Source: Amoeboradix gromovi X-113 (Eukaryota; Fungi; Sanchytriomycota). From it: 32,000 nt of DNA. The position numbers and the translations under genes were made by a program. The stretch spans positions 1-32,000 of the forward strand of contig JADGIF010000025.1 of the NCBI GenBank assembly GCA_018985225.1, in the 5' to 3' direction. Positions within the stretch are counted from its first letter, which is position 1; the number at the start of each line of letters is the position of its first letter. A model generated the notes under the pieces. That model had not been told where the DNA came from. It did not search any database and saw only the letters and a program-made list of their open reading frames with translations. Below, one piece after another: positions 10,250 through 21,258 of this stretch.

Positions 10250-10493
10250 ACTGGTCAGTACTTTGTATTAAGACTTTATAGGTGCCATAATTATTAAAGA
10301 CATTGAAAGCCGTCATTTCTAAGTAAATCGGGAAAAGATTGAACCAAGGAATACACATGAACTAAATCCATCCTATTCAATTCAGCCTCCGTATAGTGGA
10401 AGTGTATGCAACCACTACAAGGAATCGACTAACATTGTTAACCTCTGTACGTAAATTCTTGGTTTCTCACAAATCAGGAAGTGTAATCAGGAG
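10250..10493 (+). mobile_element. old diverged Fanzor2 element 3' part, copy G
   Basis: catcctattcaat..cctccgtatagtggaagtg..aaattcttggtttctcacaaatcaggaagtgtaatcaggag aligns with the right-end consensus; left boundary approximate. Confidence 0.7.
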
Positions 10494-10699
10494 ATTAAGT
10501 ATAAGTGGTTGACTAGATAACTTTGATTTACTTTTACTAACAATCAATTCCAATTCAATAAATTGTTATTAATGATTTAATGAATTTACCGCGCCATTAT
10601 TCCCTATTAATGGAGCTTTCTGATTGAATAAAAGCAAGATAATCTCTTTTCCATCCGTAGCAATTCCCGGAAATAAATTAATGTAAAATAACAAAAAGG

Positions 10700-10899
10700 T
10701 TACAATTCAAACGTGTACTATTTACGCAGATCTAAAGAAAGCTATTCTGGGACACTTAGACTTGAAATGTATACACACTTGTTGCATTACGATCAATGTC
10801 TTATGCGCGTTAGCGGCCATTGTAACGGATCGACCGATTTTTCCAGTTACTCTGTAAAAATTCTTGATGTCCGAGGAAAGTAGAACTTTTAATGAGGAG
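10700..10899 (+). mobile_element. old diverged Fanzor2 element 3' part, copy H
   Basis: gcgttagcggccattgtaacgga..ctctgtaaaaattcttgatgtccgaggaaagtagaacttttaatgaggag; left boundary approximate. Confidence 0.7.
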
Positions 10900-10944
10900 T
10901 TGTATTAATGTTTCAAATATCGCGAATGGTTGGTGGCTGGAAAA

Positions 10945-11919
10945 ATGGATGATTTGAGCTCTCTTCTACAATCTCTTCCAAATAAAGTGGACCAAAAAAA
11001 GGAGCAAGGTAGATATACACAGGCTATAAACAACCTGCAAAAAGCTGGTGAGCAAGCTGAAAACTTAAAATCTGATGAACCTGTAAAAGAAATATTAAAG
11101 AAAGAACTATTTCAGGAGTTAAAGAAAGATAAATCATCTCCTTCTGTTGGTAAACAAGCTATAGTTGAATTATGTCGTGGGTGTGGGTTACCAATAACAA
11201 AACAGAATCATGAGGATGGTGTCGCCGTCCTAATTGCTGAATCACTTCCTTTCCATCTCGATTGTCTTAAATGTAAAGCATGTGATAAAGCATTACTTGA
11301 TGAAGTTTATGACTTACAAGGTCATATTTACTGCTTAGAGCACTATGAAGAAATAAACGGCAGCAAATGTGGCTTTTGCAATGAGCTAATAACTGAATCG
11401 TATATCAATGCATTAGATAAGAAATGGCATCCAGAACACTTTTTTTGCTCTCACTGCGGTGTTTTATTTGAAGATGGTCAGTTTATGGAGAACGAAGGTA
11501 AGCCTTACTGCAAACCCCATTTTTTACAGCTCTTTGCTCCTAGTTGTGCTAAATGTTCAAAACCTATAAGTGAAGAAGGTTTAAACGCGTTAAATCAAAT
11601 GTTTCACGCTAGCTGCTTTGTTTGTTTTGTACATTAATAACTAATTTAGCATTGTAACCAGCCCTTTAAAAATGGTCAGTTTTATGCCATCGACAGCAAA
11701 CCATATTGCTTGCAACATTATCACGAACTGAAAGGCACTGTTTGTGCACAATGCAATAAAGCTATTATGGGTAGAACTGTAAATGCGCTAGGTAAATCAT
11801 GGCATGCGGATCACTTTGCCTGCACTTTTTGCAAGAAACTGCTAACAAGCAATGTACCATTCAAGTCAAATGAAGGAAAACCATATTGCTCCACATGTCA
11901 TGTTAAGTTGTATGGGTGA
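10945..11919 (+). CDS. PXL1: paxillin-like protein (LD motif + 4 LIM domains); exons 10945-11628, 11650-11919
   Basis: MDDLSSLLQSL LD motif and four LIM domains; splicing restores H-x2-C-x2-C-x2-C (FHASCFVCF|HCNQPF). Confidence 0.88.
11629..11649 (+). other. 21-nt spliceosomal intron
   Basis: gtacattaataactaatttag; contains in-frame stops, and its removal joins the ORFs at 10930 and 11710. Confidence 0.9.
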
Positions 11920-12160
11920 GGTTCGCAAGTAAATATCCAGTTCTATAATACTAGTTTTGAACACTTTAAAGCCTTCTTAGATCCCGCTTGCGGTAATAAT
12001 TGAGTTAATACAAGTTCTCAAACCCTTCTGAATGTATAAAATTCCAACGAACCATAATTTTATATTTGGAAGCAAATTGTTGATATCTCTTAGAAAACTA
12101 CTATTTATCGGTTTTGGTTTTAAGTATATTTATTAATATATTTGGAAACGTCAAATTTGA

Positions 12161-12364
12161 TCAATCTAGCACTGGAACTTGAATGAATTCATGATCCTCA
12201 AAATAATCTCTTAAACCAACTTCGCAATCATGAATTTTGAACAAAATAGGTTCTAGGAGTACTTCCTCATCAAGAGAGTCATGGGCACTCTCAATGTGCG
12301 ATGTAAGCTTGTGTTTTAATGTTCTTTCAGATTTCCTTCTGGTATTGGTGATATCTTGTAACAT
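12161..12364 (-). CDS. hypothetical 67-aa protein (possibly incomplete)
   Basis: ATG-initiated ORF with an N-terminal LQDITN motif; no recognisable domain. Confidence 0.35.
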   Translation of the reverse strand: MLQDITNTRRKSERTLKHKLTSHIESAHDSLDEEVLLEPILFKIHDCEVGLRDYFEDHEFIQVPVLD

Positions 12365-12372
12365 GATACTTT

Positions 12373-12835
12373 CTCCACGTTAATAGTCCTGATTTCCGAG
12401 AAAATCGAGAATTTCCAGAGAAACTAGCAGTGCTAAATGCTCCATTACAGTGACTGCTCACGCTTGCACTACCTTGAGGCGGTATTTAATAATGATGTAT
12501 ATACTTGATGTATATATTCCTTGTTGTCAAATGATCTCTATTGTCGCACAAGTGGTAAGACCAACACACTTTAGCTTTGCTTAGTCACATAAGAATTATT
12601 AAATAAATAGTTTACGGGTTTACTTATCGTTGACCTCTTTTGAAGGTGGGTTGAAAGACATCTAATTCTTCCATGTTTGGACTAGTTCCTCGACATTGAT
12701 GAATGTATGCTGTACCTATCAGTTATTTCTTTAAATTTGACATATTCGGGATTACATCCATTGATTCCATTTACCATTTGTGAAAATGAAGAATATAGAG
12801 CATTTATAGCATTGGAATAGTCATGAAATTATGTG
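12373..12835 (-). mobile_element. non-autonomous IS607/Fanzor2 element, copy C
   Basis: TnpA N-terminus EYVKFKEITDRYSIHSSMSRN*SKHGRIRCLST; right end aaatcaggactattaacgtggag at 12373; left end truncated. Confidence 0.85.
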
Positions 12836-13420
12836 GAATTTTTATATATTTTTGTATCATTTCAATACTTTTCCAGATTTTTTTAATAGCTCAAATACTC
12901 GATATTCTTCCTTTTCGCAAATGGTAAATGGAGTAAATAGATGTAATCCCAAATATGTCAAATTTAAAGAAATAATTAACAGGTACAGCATACAAAGACT
13001 TATGATTTTTTATACTTACCCTCGTTCAATACGAGCCAGATGCTAAGTAGCTTGTCGAGCAAGGTCGCAAGAAACATGGCTACAATGTCCCATTACGCAT
13101 TCAAGGAATGCTTGAAGTTCAAGTGTAAGCAAAGAGGAAAGACGATAATCGAATGCAATGAATCATTTACTAGTCAGATATGTACAAGGTGTGGTACTCT
13201 AAAGAAAACCAGTTTAGAAACCTACACCTGTACCAATTGTCATTGGAGATAGATAGAGACCATATGGCAGCAAGGAGCATATACATCAAGTATCTGCATC
13301 CTTATTCAATCCCGCCTATGAGTAGTGAAAGCGTGACCGATCACTGTAACGGAGAAACTAGCATTAGTTTCTCTGTGGAAATTCTCGATTTTCTCGGAAA
13401 TCAGGATTTTTAACAAGTAG
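12836..13420 (+). mobile_element. non-autonomous IS607/Fanzor2 element, copy D (longest Fanzor remnant)
   Basis: TnpA start at ATG 12921 (MVNGVNRCNPKYVKFKEIINRYSI); from ~12995 KTYDFLYLPSFNTSQMLSSLSSKVARNMATMSHYAFKECLKFKCKQRGKTIIECNESFTSQICTRCG..CTNCH, frameshift, EIDRDHMAARSIYIKYL; ends tttttaacaagtag. Confidence 0.92.
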
Positions 13421-13627
13421 AATGTAACGCTTTGAATATATGGATCAGATTTATTAACTGGTATTTTAATATGCTCTCCAGAAAGTACTTCAGTATTATA
13501 AGAGTTATACGATTCTTAAATGAGTCTATTATGCAGAACAACTACTCTATTCAAAAACTTATACCTTTTGAAAAGTTTGTCTAGCCGTGGTAGAGCGTGC
13601 ACCACCGGGTATAATCAAAGTATTACT

Positions 13628-14335
13628 TTAAACTCTATCAGTACCACTATATTCATCGTAATCCGAGTACTCTGAATACTCTAGTTGGGTTGTACGGTTA
13701 TATTCAGTCGATTGCAAATCGCTATAGAAAGTAGGCGTAGTTGTAGCATATTCCGAAAAGCTCTCGTCCCCATTAGATGCAAGACCGGTGGAAAAGTATT
13801 TTGTGCTTCTATCTTCATAATAAGTGTCATTGTTAGAAGAATGCATGAGGTTTGCAGAGTTAACGTCTTGCACAGGAAACTCATAGTCTCTAGAGGAGCT
13901 CATTGACTGACTATCAGAGGTATCATTCAGAATCATTTTGCTTCTCGAATTTCTTCTCTTTCGCATTATGCAAGCTGTAAATCCAAAAAGTGACACTACC
14001 CCACATCCAATGCCGCCGATTAGATAGTACGAGTGCGCATAAGCACTAAATCCTTGCTCGCTGCTGTCATCCTGATCATCGCCATCGTTTATTTCTGTGC
14101 CTTCTGTTATTGGAGCGCTTGTTTCAATAGCTGATGCTGTTTCAGTAGATATAGCAGCTGGCGCAAAAGATTCCACTGGGGATGGTGCTACCTGTAACAC
14201 CTGCTCTGCTTCAGATGCAGATGAGAAGGCTTTGTCTGCAATGCTTTTTATGGCAGGGGATAGTTTTTCTACAGAGCTCGTTATGCTTTCTGGGAACGAG
14301 AACCCATTTGTAGAAATAAATAGCAGAGACAGCAT
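13628..14335 (-). CDS. type I single-pass membrane protein with cell-surface sensor-like architecture
   Basis: Hydrophobic N-terminus, S/T/A/E-rich ectodomain, TM YYLIGGIGCGVVSLFGFTACIM followed by RKRR, Tyr/Ser-rich tail. Confidence 0.7.
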   Translation of the reverse strand: MLSLLFISTNGFSFPESITSSVEKLSPAIKSIADKAFSSASEAEQVLQVAPSPVESFAPAAISTETASAIETSAPITEGTEINDGDDQDDSSEQGFSAYAHSYYLIGGIGCGVVSLFGFTACIMRKRRNSRSKMILNDTSDSQSMSSSRDYEFPVQDVNSANLMHSSNNDTYYEDRSTKYFSTGLASNGDESFSEYATTTPTFYSDLQSTEYNRTTQLEYSEYSDYDEYSGTDRV

Positions 14336-14489
14336 GTATTCAGTTTGGGTCTGGACTACATTTATTGGTTATGCAAATCCTATTTGTCAATCAAACATCG
14401 TGAAAATGAATTTGAAGTTACCTAATTGGACAAAGATATTAAAAATAGTCCTGATAATAAACCGTGATAAACATGATGAAATAGAAGTT

Positions 14490-15008
14490 TTATTCAAAAG
14501 TTTGTCTGGTGTACTTCAGCCATTTTCTATACGACATCATTCGTTCAACAACGAACGGCGTTAATACAACAGTGCATACTAATGATATGCTATAAACTAG
14601 ATACAGGGAAGAAGAGACTGTGTCCCGGAGGCCGTGAAGCTGTTCATCAGTAAAACTGTTTGTCTTTGTAAGCTGTAAATGAGATATTTGCTTGTCCACT
14701 TCATCACGAGTAACGATCAAGCTAAAAATACAAAAAGAGAGAGAAATTGCTTGGTTAATAACATAAAGAAAAATGGATACATATATTGCTTTGCTGCTGC
14801 TTTTCATAACAGCATATACTCCAAACATTCCACACAGAATCATGCTACTAGCATGAATATAACTAAAGACAATAAAAGCTAAACTAAAGTTTTCAAATAC
14901 GATGACAAACTTCGAAATTCCAAACAGGATAGAAAGGACGAAAAGAACCAGCATTCCAATCCTTATTCCACAACAACAACAATTTGGTTCGATTGCTTTT
15001 GATCGCAT
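14490..15008 (-). CDS. 4-TM membrane protein with N-terminal Cys cluster, paralog 1
   Basis: MRSKAIEPNCCCCGIRIG aligns with paralogs; the ORF extension to 15149 is element-derived. Confidence 0.75.
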   Translation of the reverse strand: MRSKAIEPNCCCCGIRIGMLVLFVLSILFGISKFVIVFENFSLAFIVFSYIHASSMILCGMFGVYAVMKSSSKAIYVSIFLYVINQAISLSFCIFSLIVTRDEVDKQISHLQLTKTNSFTDEQLHGLRDTVSSSLYLVYSISLVCTVVLTPFVVERMMSYRKWLKYTRQTFE

Positions 15009-15014
15009 GTCACA

Positions 15015-15157
15015 CTCCTCATAAAACTCCCGGTTTCCTAGAAAATAAAGAATTTCGATAGGGAAACTGATATGTGTCTCCAAATTAGGTCTATTCAGAG
15101 TTATATTATACATGCTGAGCAGTAAATGCTTCATTCCGCCAATGTTCATACCTCTTC
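15015..15157 (-). mobile_element. diverged Fanzor2 element 3' part, copy I
   Basis: Exact aatgaagcatttact (NEAFT) plus agtttccctatcgaaattctttattttctaggaaaccgggagttttatgaggag; translates ISFPIEILYFLGNREF versus ISFSVEILDFLGNQDF in copy D. Confidence 0.75.
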
Positions 15158-15500
15158 CCTAGGAGATAATTTCAAACTTAGACCAGTTTCTAAGTGTAAA
15201 ACACCTTAGCCATATCGCTTGACGATCTTTAAATGTCACCATATGGCAGAGATGACTTGGTACCATTTACTATGCACAAGCATTTAATATTTTGATTTGA
15301 TTAGGTTATAATATGTACTAGTAAATGATAAAATTCATCTGATCTAGACAAATGGTTTATTTAAGTAGAACCGATTACTCTTGTCCTCAAGATTCTGCAA
15401 AAACAAATAAAATATCGTTTAAGTTTTACTTTGATTAGCAATACAACTAGTTATGCATCACTATAGCTCCATATTATCCTTAATAATATTTTACATGAAT

Positions 15501-16016
15501 TTATTTAAAACTTCGTTCTTTTTTTAGCCATTTGGTATAGATTAGCATCCAGTTTATTGCTATTGGCATTAGGATGATACTAAAGCTTAACAGCCCGGTA
15601 AAAAACAAATATAATCCGATTCTTGTATGCTTTCTGATTGACTGCATTTTTTCCTCATAGTTTTCTTGTTCAAAAGCATATCCTTTGTACTTGTTCATCG
15701 ACTTGTCTACTACTTTTTCCATAACACTCAGTATATAGATGTAGTTTCCAATAGCAATGACTTCTGCAATTAGATAAACCACCATTGATATTTGTATTAA
15801 TCTCTTCTTGTTTGTATACATGGCAATAATTCCAACTACTCCGCTTGTAATCATGCACGAGCTGTGCAAATGCTCCATTATTATTATTAGTCCTCCCCAG
15901 TTTTCTGATATCATCAGCAAACTGACGATCCCGAATGTTATGTTGAACGTAAATAATGTTATTAATCCTAATCTAATTGGACAACAAGAGCAACTCGTTG
16001 GTTCTACAGCTTTCAT
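15501..16016 (-). CDS. 4-TM membrane protein, paralog 2
   Basis: MKAVEPTSCSCCPIRLG ... YTKWLKKERSFK; same layout as its neighbours. Confidence 0.75.
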   Translation of the reverse strand: MKAVEPTSCSCCPIRLGLITLFTFNITFGIVSLLMISENWGGLIIIMEHLHSSCMITSGVVGIIAMYTNKKRLIQISMVVYLIAEVIAIGNYIYILSVMEKVVDKSMNKYKGYAFEQENYEEKMQSIRKHTRIGLYLFFTGLLSFSIILMPIAINWMLIYTKWLKKERSFK

Positions 16017-16616
16017 AAGTCTGTTCCATCCCTCGTGGCAATTGCATGAGATGATTAACTTGCCAATACTTCTAGTCAAAAAATAATTTTCAAACTTAAA
16101 TAATTGTGATTGAATGAATAGTCCCAAGCTTGTAAGCCCTGAGCTATAAAAAATTTCTTTAACGTTCAGTTAGTATATAAAATTACACTTTTAAGATGTC
16201 CTTCGCTTTCTCATAGATTGTTAGCTTCATCATCTTATTCATACTCATAGCCATACAGTTCTAAACATAAGTTCTCTATACTCTTGATCCATGGGTATCA
16301 AGTCGCTTATTTTATCGACGATTTTAAGGTTGATGTAATATCCTCATGTGACTTTTTTACCGTGCTTTCAGTGCTTTTTGATAGCTTTTGGACAAGTAGC
16401 AAGCAGTTTTTGGCCGTCTGCTCTAATCCTAATTTTGGTTCCATTAAGCATGACTCTTATTTTGAGGTTAATTTCCACTATGGATTTTCTCATATTTAAG
16501 GCTTTTTCCTTACCTGATATATATGGAAGCGCAAATTAGTTCTGTTTAGATAAAGCTGGTGTTAGTGGAGCGCTAACTAGAGAAATAAACGGCTTGTAAT
16601 TGAAAGAATTCGATAT

Positions 16617-17102
16617 TTATTCAAAAGTGTTTCTCTTTGTCTTCAACCACTTACGGTAAGTGATCATTCTTTCGGAAATCAAGATTGTGAAAATGACACT
16701 AACGGCCAAAGATATACCATAAACAGCGTATGCGCTAGTTGTTGAAGAGGCCCGTAGCTTGTCCACTTCCTCGTCACTAAGCGTAACCGAATTGTCATCT
16801 TTCTGATAAGGAAATTCAGAAATGATAAACGGCTTTAGCGCAGTCATCGCGTAAATGCTTAGTGCAATTGAGATCATCTGGGTGATAATAAACAATACCA
16901 ATGCAAGTACTGTAGCTGCACTGCTCTTTTTAATAACTGCAAACAATCCGATGATTCCACCGACTACCATACAGGTACCTTGGCCGAAGCTTCCAAACAC
17001 AAAGTCGATTATTCCAAATACTAAAGATAAGAAAAATAATATCCCCAATCCAACCCTAACTCCACAACAGCAACATTTAGGTTCTTTCGTTCTCGTAGTC
17101 AT
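16617..17102 (-). CDS. 4-TM membrane protein, paralog 3
   Basis: MTTRTKEPKCCCCGVRVG ... ERMITYRKWLKTKRNTFE. Confidence 0.78.
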   Translation of the reverse strand: MTTRTKEPKCCCCGVRVGLGILFFLSLVFGIIDFVFGSFGQGTCMVVGGIIGLFAVIKKSSAATVLALVLFIITQMISIALSIYAMTALKPFIISEFPYQKDDNSVTLSDEEVDKLRASSTTSAYAVYGISLAVSVIFTILISERMITYRKWLKTKRNTFE

Positions 17103-18074
17103 GTATCACCCCTTCCCCACTATTGTGAAAAATAAATTATTTTTGAATTCCAAACTTGAGCCTTTCCTACTGATACTTGGCATGACTTAAGCGAGCTATA
17201 TAGTTTCGTCTTACTCTAAATCTTATAAAAATTTGGCTTTTGTTAGAGTTCGTTAACAACGAACTCTCCGTAAAAGATGAGAGTGTGTATGGTTTCTTTG
17301 GAGTTCATTCAGAATAATCGTAGGTTAATATTCTGAGTGGCTGATGATCTTTTATGATGGTTGATAAGGATTGAACCATTTGCTATATTTGATTAAAAAA
17401 GATCTCACAATTTTGTTTCATTTGACCTTTTTATTTATTATTTCGTGCACTCAAGTTCCATCCGAGATATAAATACAGCCATTGGATATGCTCTTAAGAG
17501 AGCGTGTCAAAGAGATATTTCCAGTAGTGTGCAGGTCTAAATCCACTTGATTTGCAACACACCACGAACTTGATGTAAAACTCATTCAATGTCTCGATCC
17601 TCTCACTGTTGTTCAAATTGCAAAGCTTAGCCTCAATTTCGTAAACCTGGTTCAAAGTTAACCTTGAAATTCCAATGATTTCTGTCATCCTAATAACGTA
17701 GACCTCTGTCATTAGCGGCTCATTGTATCCAAACAGTATTTGCGAAATAGTTTTCATTTGTTTTAAAGTTGTCCCATTTTGCAGCTCTAAATCGAAACAA
17801 GACACCTCCAACAGATGTTAATTCAAAACGAATCTTGTTGTATATTTATAAAAATATCGATCAAAATCACCATCTTAGTTTTTACAGTAGGACAAGAATT
17901 AGCTAGCAATCTAACAATTACGTGACATCTCCGTGAATTAGCAAATGATCTTAATTTAGTATTTGTGTCTATGAAAGATAGACAGCGGCGAAGATCAAAA
18001 AGCTATTTTTTACTTCCAGATGTGATCTATTGAAGTTTTCGTCGGTCTTTGATTCTCTCTGAAACATATCCTCT

Positions 18075-19322
18075 ATGGCGGAACCCAGTTTTCATATATC
18101 GACAGATCTCGATAGCATACTCTCCCCGCTACTAATCAGTTCTGCTTCGCCAACAAATCGAGAGCTAAACAGAACTCAATCTTCGATAAGTTTTATTGAA
18201 GAAGATATTCAAAAATATTCGATTCCTAAAACCGTGGTTCTTTTGTTAAAAAGCTTTATTGGCACTGGTGTTTTGTTCATCCCAAAATCATTCCACGATG
18301 CAGGTTTAGTTCCAGCTATCTTGTCTATGTTATTCACTGCTTCCTTATCTTTTTACGGAGTCAAAATTCTTTTGAAACTGACTCTTGTAACTCCTGGTTC
18401 TTATTGGCAAATGGCCCAAGAAATTGGTGGTCGTAAAATGAAACTTTTTGTCATGGCAATGCTACTATCTCTTCAGAGTGGACTTGTAATGATGTACACT
18501 GCTTTTGTTGCTTATAATTTTACTGAACTCGCTAAAACATATACTGGCACTCTAATAGATCCTATATGGTTTGTCTTGTCAATTTGCGTCCTTTTGGTTC
18601 CAGTTTGTTTTACTTCGAAACTGAAAAACTTTTCAACAATCGCCACTCTCGGCAACATTTTTATCTTAATCACATTGTCTGCTATCATATACTATTCTGC
18701 TGCAGAAATAAGTAGCAACCCCAAACCTTTGAAGCTATACGGAAACTATGCAAGTACGCTAAGATTTATGGGCACTTCTGTGTTTGCATTTGAGGGCATT
18801 GGATTAGTTGTTCCACTAGCTCAAACATTAGAAAACAGCCCTTCATTCACGCATATAATGTACATGACCACAGTCGGAATTTTATGCATGTATATGGGAT
18901 TGGGATTAATCACATCTATTGGCTTTGGAGATGATATCAAATCCATTATATTTGAGAACTTAATAGGCGAAAGAGTTGTTGCTTCACTTGTGTTCTTCTA
19001 CAACTGCTCTGTATTGACTACGATACCGCTTACAATATTTCCAGTTTTTGAAATTGTCGATGAGTACACAATGGGACTGCGAGTCAAGCAAAAATACTTG
19101 TTAAAAATATCCATACTAAGCATGCTATGCTGTCTTTCATGGGTATTTTATAGTCACCTGGATCTTTTGGTTGCATTATTGGGCAGCTTCTGTTGTATAC
19201 CATTAGGTATTATCATACCTGGAATGCTCGGATATAAAATAGAAAAGAGCTGGACGAACATAAATGTAATTGCATGTGGTGTAATGCTGGTATTTCTATC
19301 ACTTGTTGTGCTAATTGTCTAA
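18075..19322 (+). CDS. amino acid transporter, Aa_trans/SLC36 (Avt3/Avt4-like)
   Basis: LLLKSFIGTGVLFIPKSF and GTSVFAFEGIGLVVP; about 11 hydrophobic segments. Confidence 0.9.
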   Translation: MAEPSFHISTDLDSILSPLLISSASPTNRELNRTQSSISFIEEDIQKYSIPKTVVLLLKSFIGTGVLFIPKSFHDAGLVPAILSMLFTASLSFYGVKILLKLTLVTPGSYWQMAQEIGGRKMKLFVMAMLLSLQSGLVMMYTAFVAYNFTELAKTYTGTLIDPIWFVLSICVLLVPVCFTSKLKNFSTIATLGNIFILITLSAIIYYSAAEISSNPKPLKLYGNYASTLRFMGTSVFAFEGIGLVVPLAQTLENSPSFTHIMYMTTVGILCMYMGLGLITSIGFGDDIKSIIFENLIGERVVASLVFFYNCSVLTTIPLTIFPVFEIVDEYTMGLRVKQKYLLKISILSMLCCLSWVFYSHLDLLVALLGSFCCIPLGIIIPGMLGYKIEKSWTNINVIACGVMLVFLSLVVLIV

Positions 19323-19344
19323 TAAACTGAATAATTTGAATTTA

Positions 19345-20154
19345 TTAAACTTGATAAGAGTACTTGTTAATCTGCTCTAAGCTACTGCTCTTTTCAGGAG
19401 TAGTGGCACCAGAATAGTTATTCAAGTCACTTCTGCTTCTTTTTGGAGTCTGGGATAGCACTTGGAAAACTGGTTTAGTATAGTTTGACAATTCATCAAT
19501 TCCCTAAATTAATAAACAATACAGGTAGTATGTTGATGCAGTAATTTATCAAAGGCTGGTTTAAGCCATAATATTCCATTCCAGCGATTGAACGTAGCTT
19601 GGAGTTACGAATAGCACTTGCTTTTGTACCAATTTGAAGCCATGCTGCGTTACTGCTTTTGCCCTCAAATACTTCAGGAGTGTCTTCTGCTCTGATAATG
19701 TAGTAGGGTTGACCCTCTCTCTCTTCAATGCTACATAAATACTGAGTCGATCTTAGCGGGTCTACAGTTGACTGGTAAGATCTTTTGATTGAATATCCAT
19801 TAGGAAATATGTGCTTATCATTGTACCATCTGCTGTCGTTAACAATTTGACCCATTTTCATCACTGTATATTGACCAGCTTTAAACGGAGTAAGCGGATA
19901 CCCAGAAGCAGTCATTACGGGTATTTGGTGATTATAAACGACTTTTCTGTTTCTTGAACTATTCTTTTTAGGCGCTTTTTTTTCTATTATTGGCATAGTG
20001 GTTATTTCGATGCTAAATTAGTGTATTTGTACCACAAATCATTTCCTACATCGGATAAGTCTGATAAGTCATCATCGAAATCTTTGATTCTATCCATTTT
20101 TGATATCTGATCTACCAAAGCTTCTCTTTCAGACCACACAGATTCCAGAGTCAT
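19345..20154 (-). CDS. FYR-N/FYR-C domain protein (TBRG1-like); exons 20154-20033, 20012-19523, 19503-19345
   Basis: MGQIV..HIFPNGYSIKRSYQSTVDP..YLCSI (FYRN); FEGKSSNAAW..GMEYYGL..ILP|GIDELSNY (FYRC); two tiny introns restore the frame. Confidence 0.82.
19504..19522 (-). other. 19-nt spliceosomal intron
   Basis: gtattgtttattaatttag; removal restores the FYRC LPG..NY end. Confidence 0.85.
20013..20032 (-). other. 20-nt spliceosomal intron
   Basis: gtacaaatacactaatttag; joins ORF 20002-20187 in frame to the FYR ORF. Confidence 0.8.
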
Positions 20155-20344
20155 ATTATTTTGTGACAATGGAGAATTTTTGCACAAAAGTTATTAGTTG
20201 ACCGATCAAGCTTTGGACTTGATTTGCACGAATATCATAGAGGGTCAACAATAACTAGCTACATTCCGTGAGTACAATTGTGTTAAGTTACGTCACGTAC
20301 AAAGTTACGCTTTGAGATGAATGACCTTGCCATCTTAAACCTTT

Positions 20345-20827
20345 ATGGGCCAAGATTCTTGCGACATTAAAATGCAATCTAATTGGAAAGTTCTCTTCGA
20401 GCCACAGTTTGGTAAGTTTGATATTCGCAAGTTCACCTGCAAATGTGGGGGCACGTTGACAAAGCCTGCAAAGTTTAATGTGCTTATGCATCTTCAAAAT
20501 GCCTGTCCTAGAGCTCAGAGCATATCGCTTTCTGACTTGATTCAAAAGCTGGCAGTGTTAACTGCTTACGATCCCTTGGGATGGAGATATAGAGTAATGA
20601 AAGATGGAAACGTTAGAAGTAGAAGATTGCCAAATAGCAGTTATGGGTATGCATGGACTTGCCATACTTGTAATAGCGTGTTACCACTTGATAAAGAATC
20701 TGTGTATGACCATGTCAGAAAATGCTTGTCTTCCACTTGCCTGGTAAAAATGGAAGAGTGCACCCTCTCAGACGAAGCAAAACACTTTTCTGCCAAGCTA
20801 ATGTACATATCTGACTACTTTCATTAA
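20345..20827 (+). CDS. hypothetical protein with two putative C2HC zinc fingers
   Basis: FTCKCG..NVLMHLQNAC and WTCHTC..VYDHVRKC; ATTAAA overlaps the stop. Confidence 0.55.
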   Translation: MGQDSCDIKMQSNWKVLFEPQFGKFDIRKFTCKCGGTLTKPAKFNVLMHLQNACPRAQSISLSDLIQKLAVLTAYDPLGWRYRVMKDGNVRSRRLPNSSYGYAWTCHTCNSVLPLDKESVYDHVRKCLSSTCLVKMEECTLSDEAKHFSAKLMYISDYFH

Positions 20828-21258
20828 ATTGTATTTATTATATCCAATGTCTTTTTTTACACTCTCCAATAAGCGTTGTGATCTACAAGTGCAAAAGAGA
20901 TCTTGACCTACTAGCTGTCTAAAACGCGTCAAAGAATACCAGACATAACATGCTAATTGCACAAGATAATTGCGCTCACTCTGACATCACTAAAATTAAC
21001 AACCTGGATAAGTGTCTATCTGACACATAGGGCTTGTTGTCAGAGATATACAAGCTATAATTTTGTAATAAGTTGATAGAAAGAGTGTAATAAAAGAGAG
21101 GACTAGTGCGGTGACGGTAACTAACCGCAAAAAAGGTAAATGAATTATACAAATAAGAAACTAGTCCACAGTTTTTGTAAAGAGACTTCATTTTGCTTAT
21201 TCTTGAGTTCAGAATGAGCCAACAGAACTTGGTATAGATGGGTTTTCACCTATAGCAG

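Noticed and set aside
11629-11649. TAA/TAG reassignment to Gln as the explanation for in-frame stops in paxillin
   Set aside because: Most genes end in TAA, the other breaks are 19-20 nt frame shifts bounded by GT..AG, and LIM spacing is correct only after splicing.
13040-13413. Functional Fanzor nuclease gene
   Set aside because: RuvC-I and the N-terminal domains are missing, and there is a frameshift near 13245; all copies are fragments.
16024-16035. 12-bp match (cgagggatggaa) between the mini-element end/flank and the upstream region of 4-TM paralog 2, read as a guide-target pair
   Set aside because: It is too short, partly within the element end, and has no CAG adjacent at the expected position.
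17494-17811. 105-aa minus-strand ORF
   Set aside because: It has a non-ATG start, no motif and no stop-linked AATAAA, so I cannot support it.
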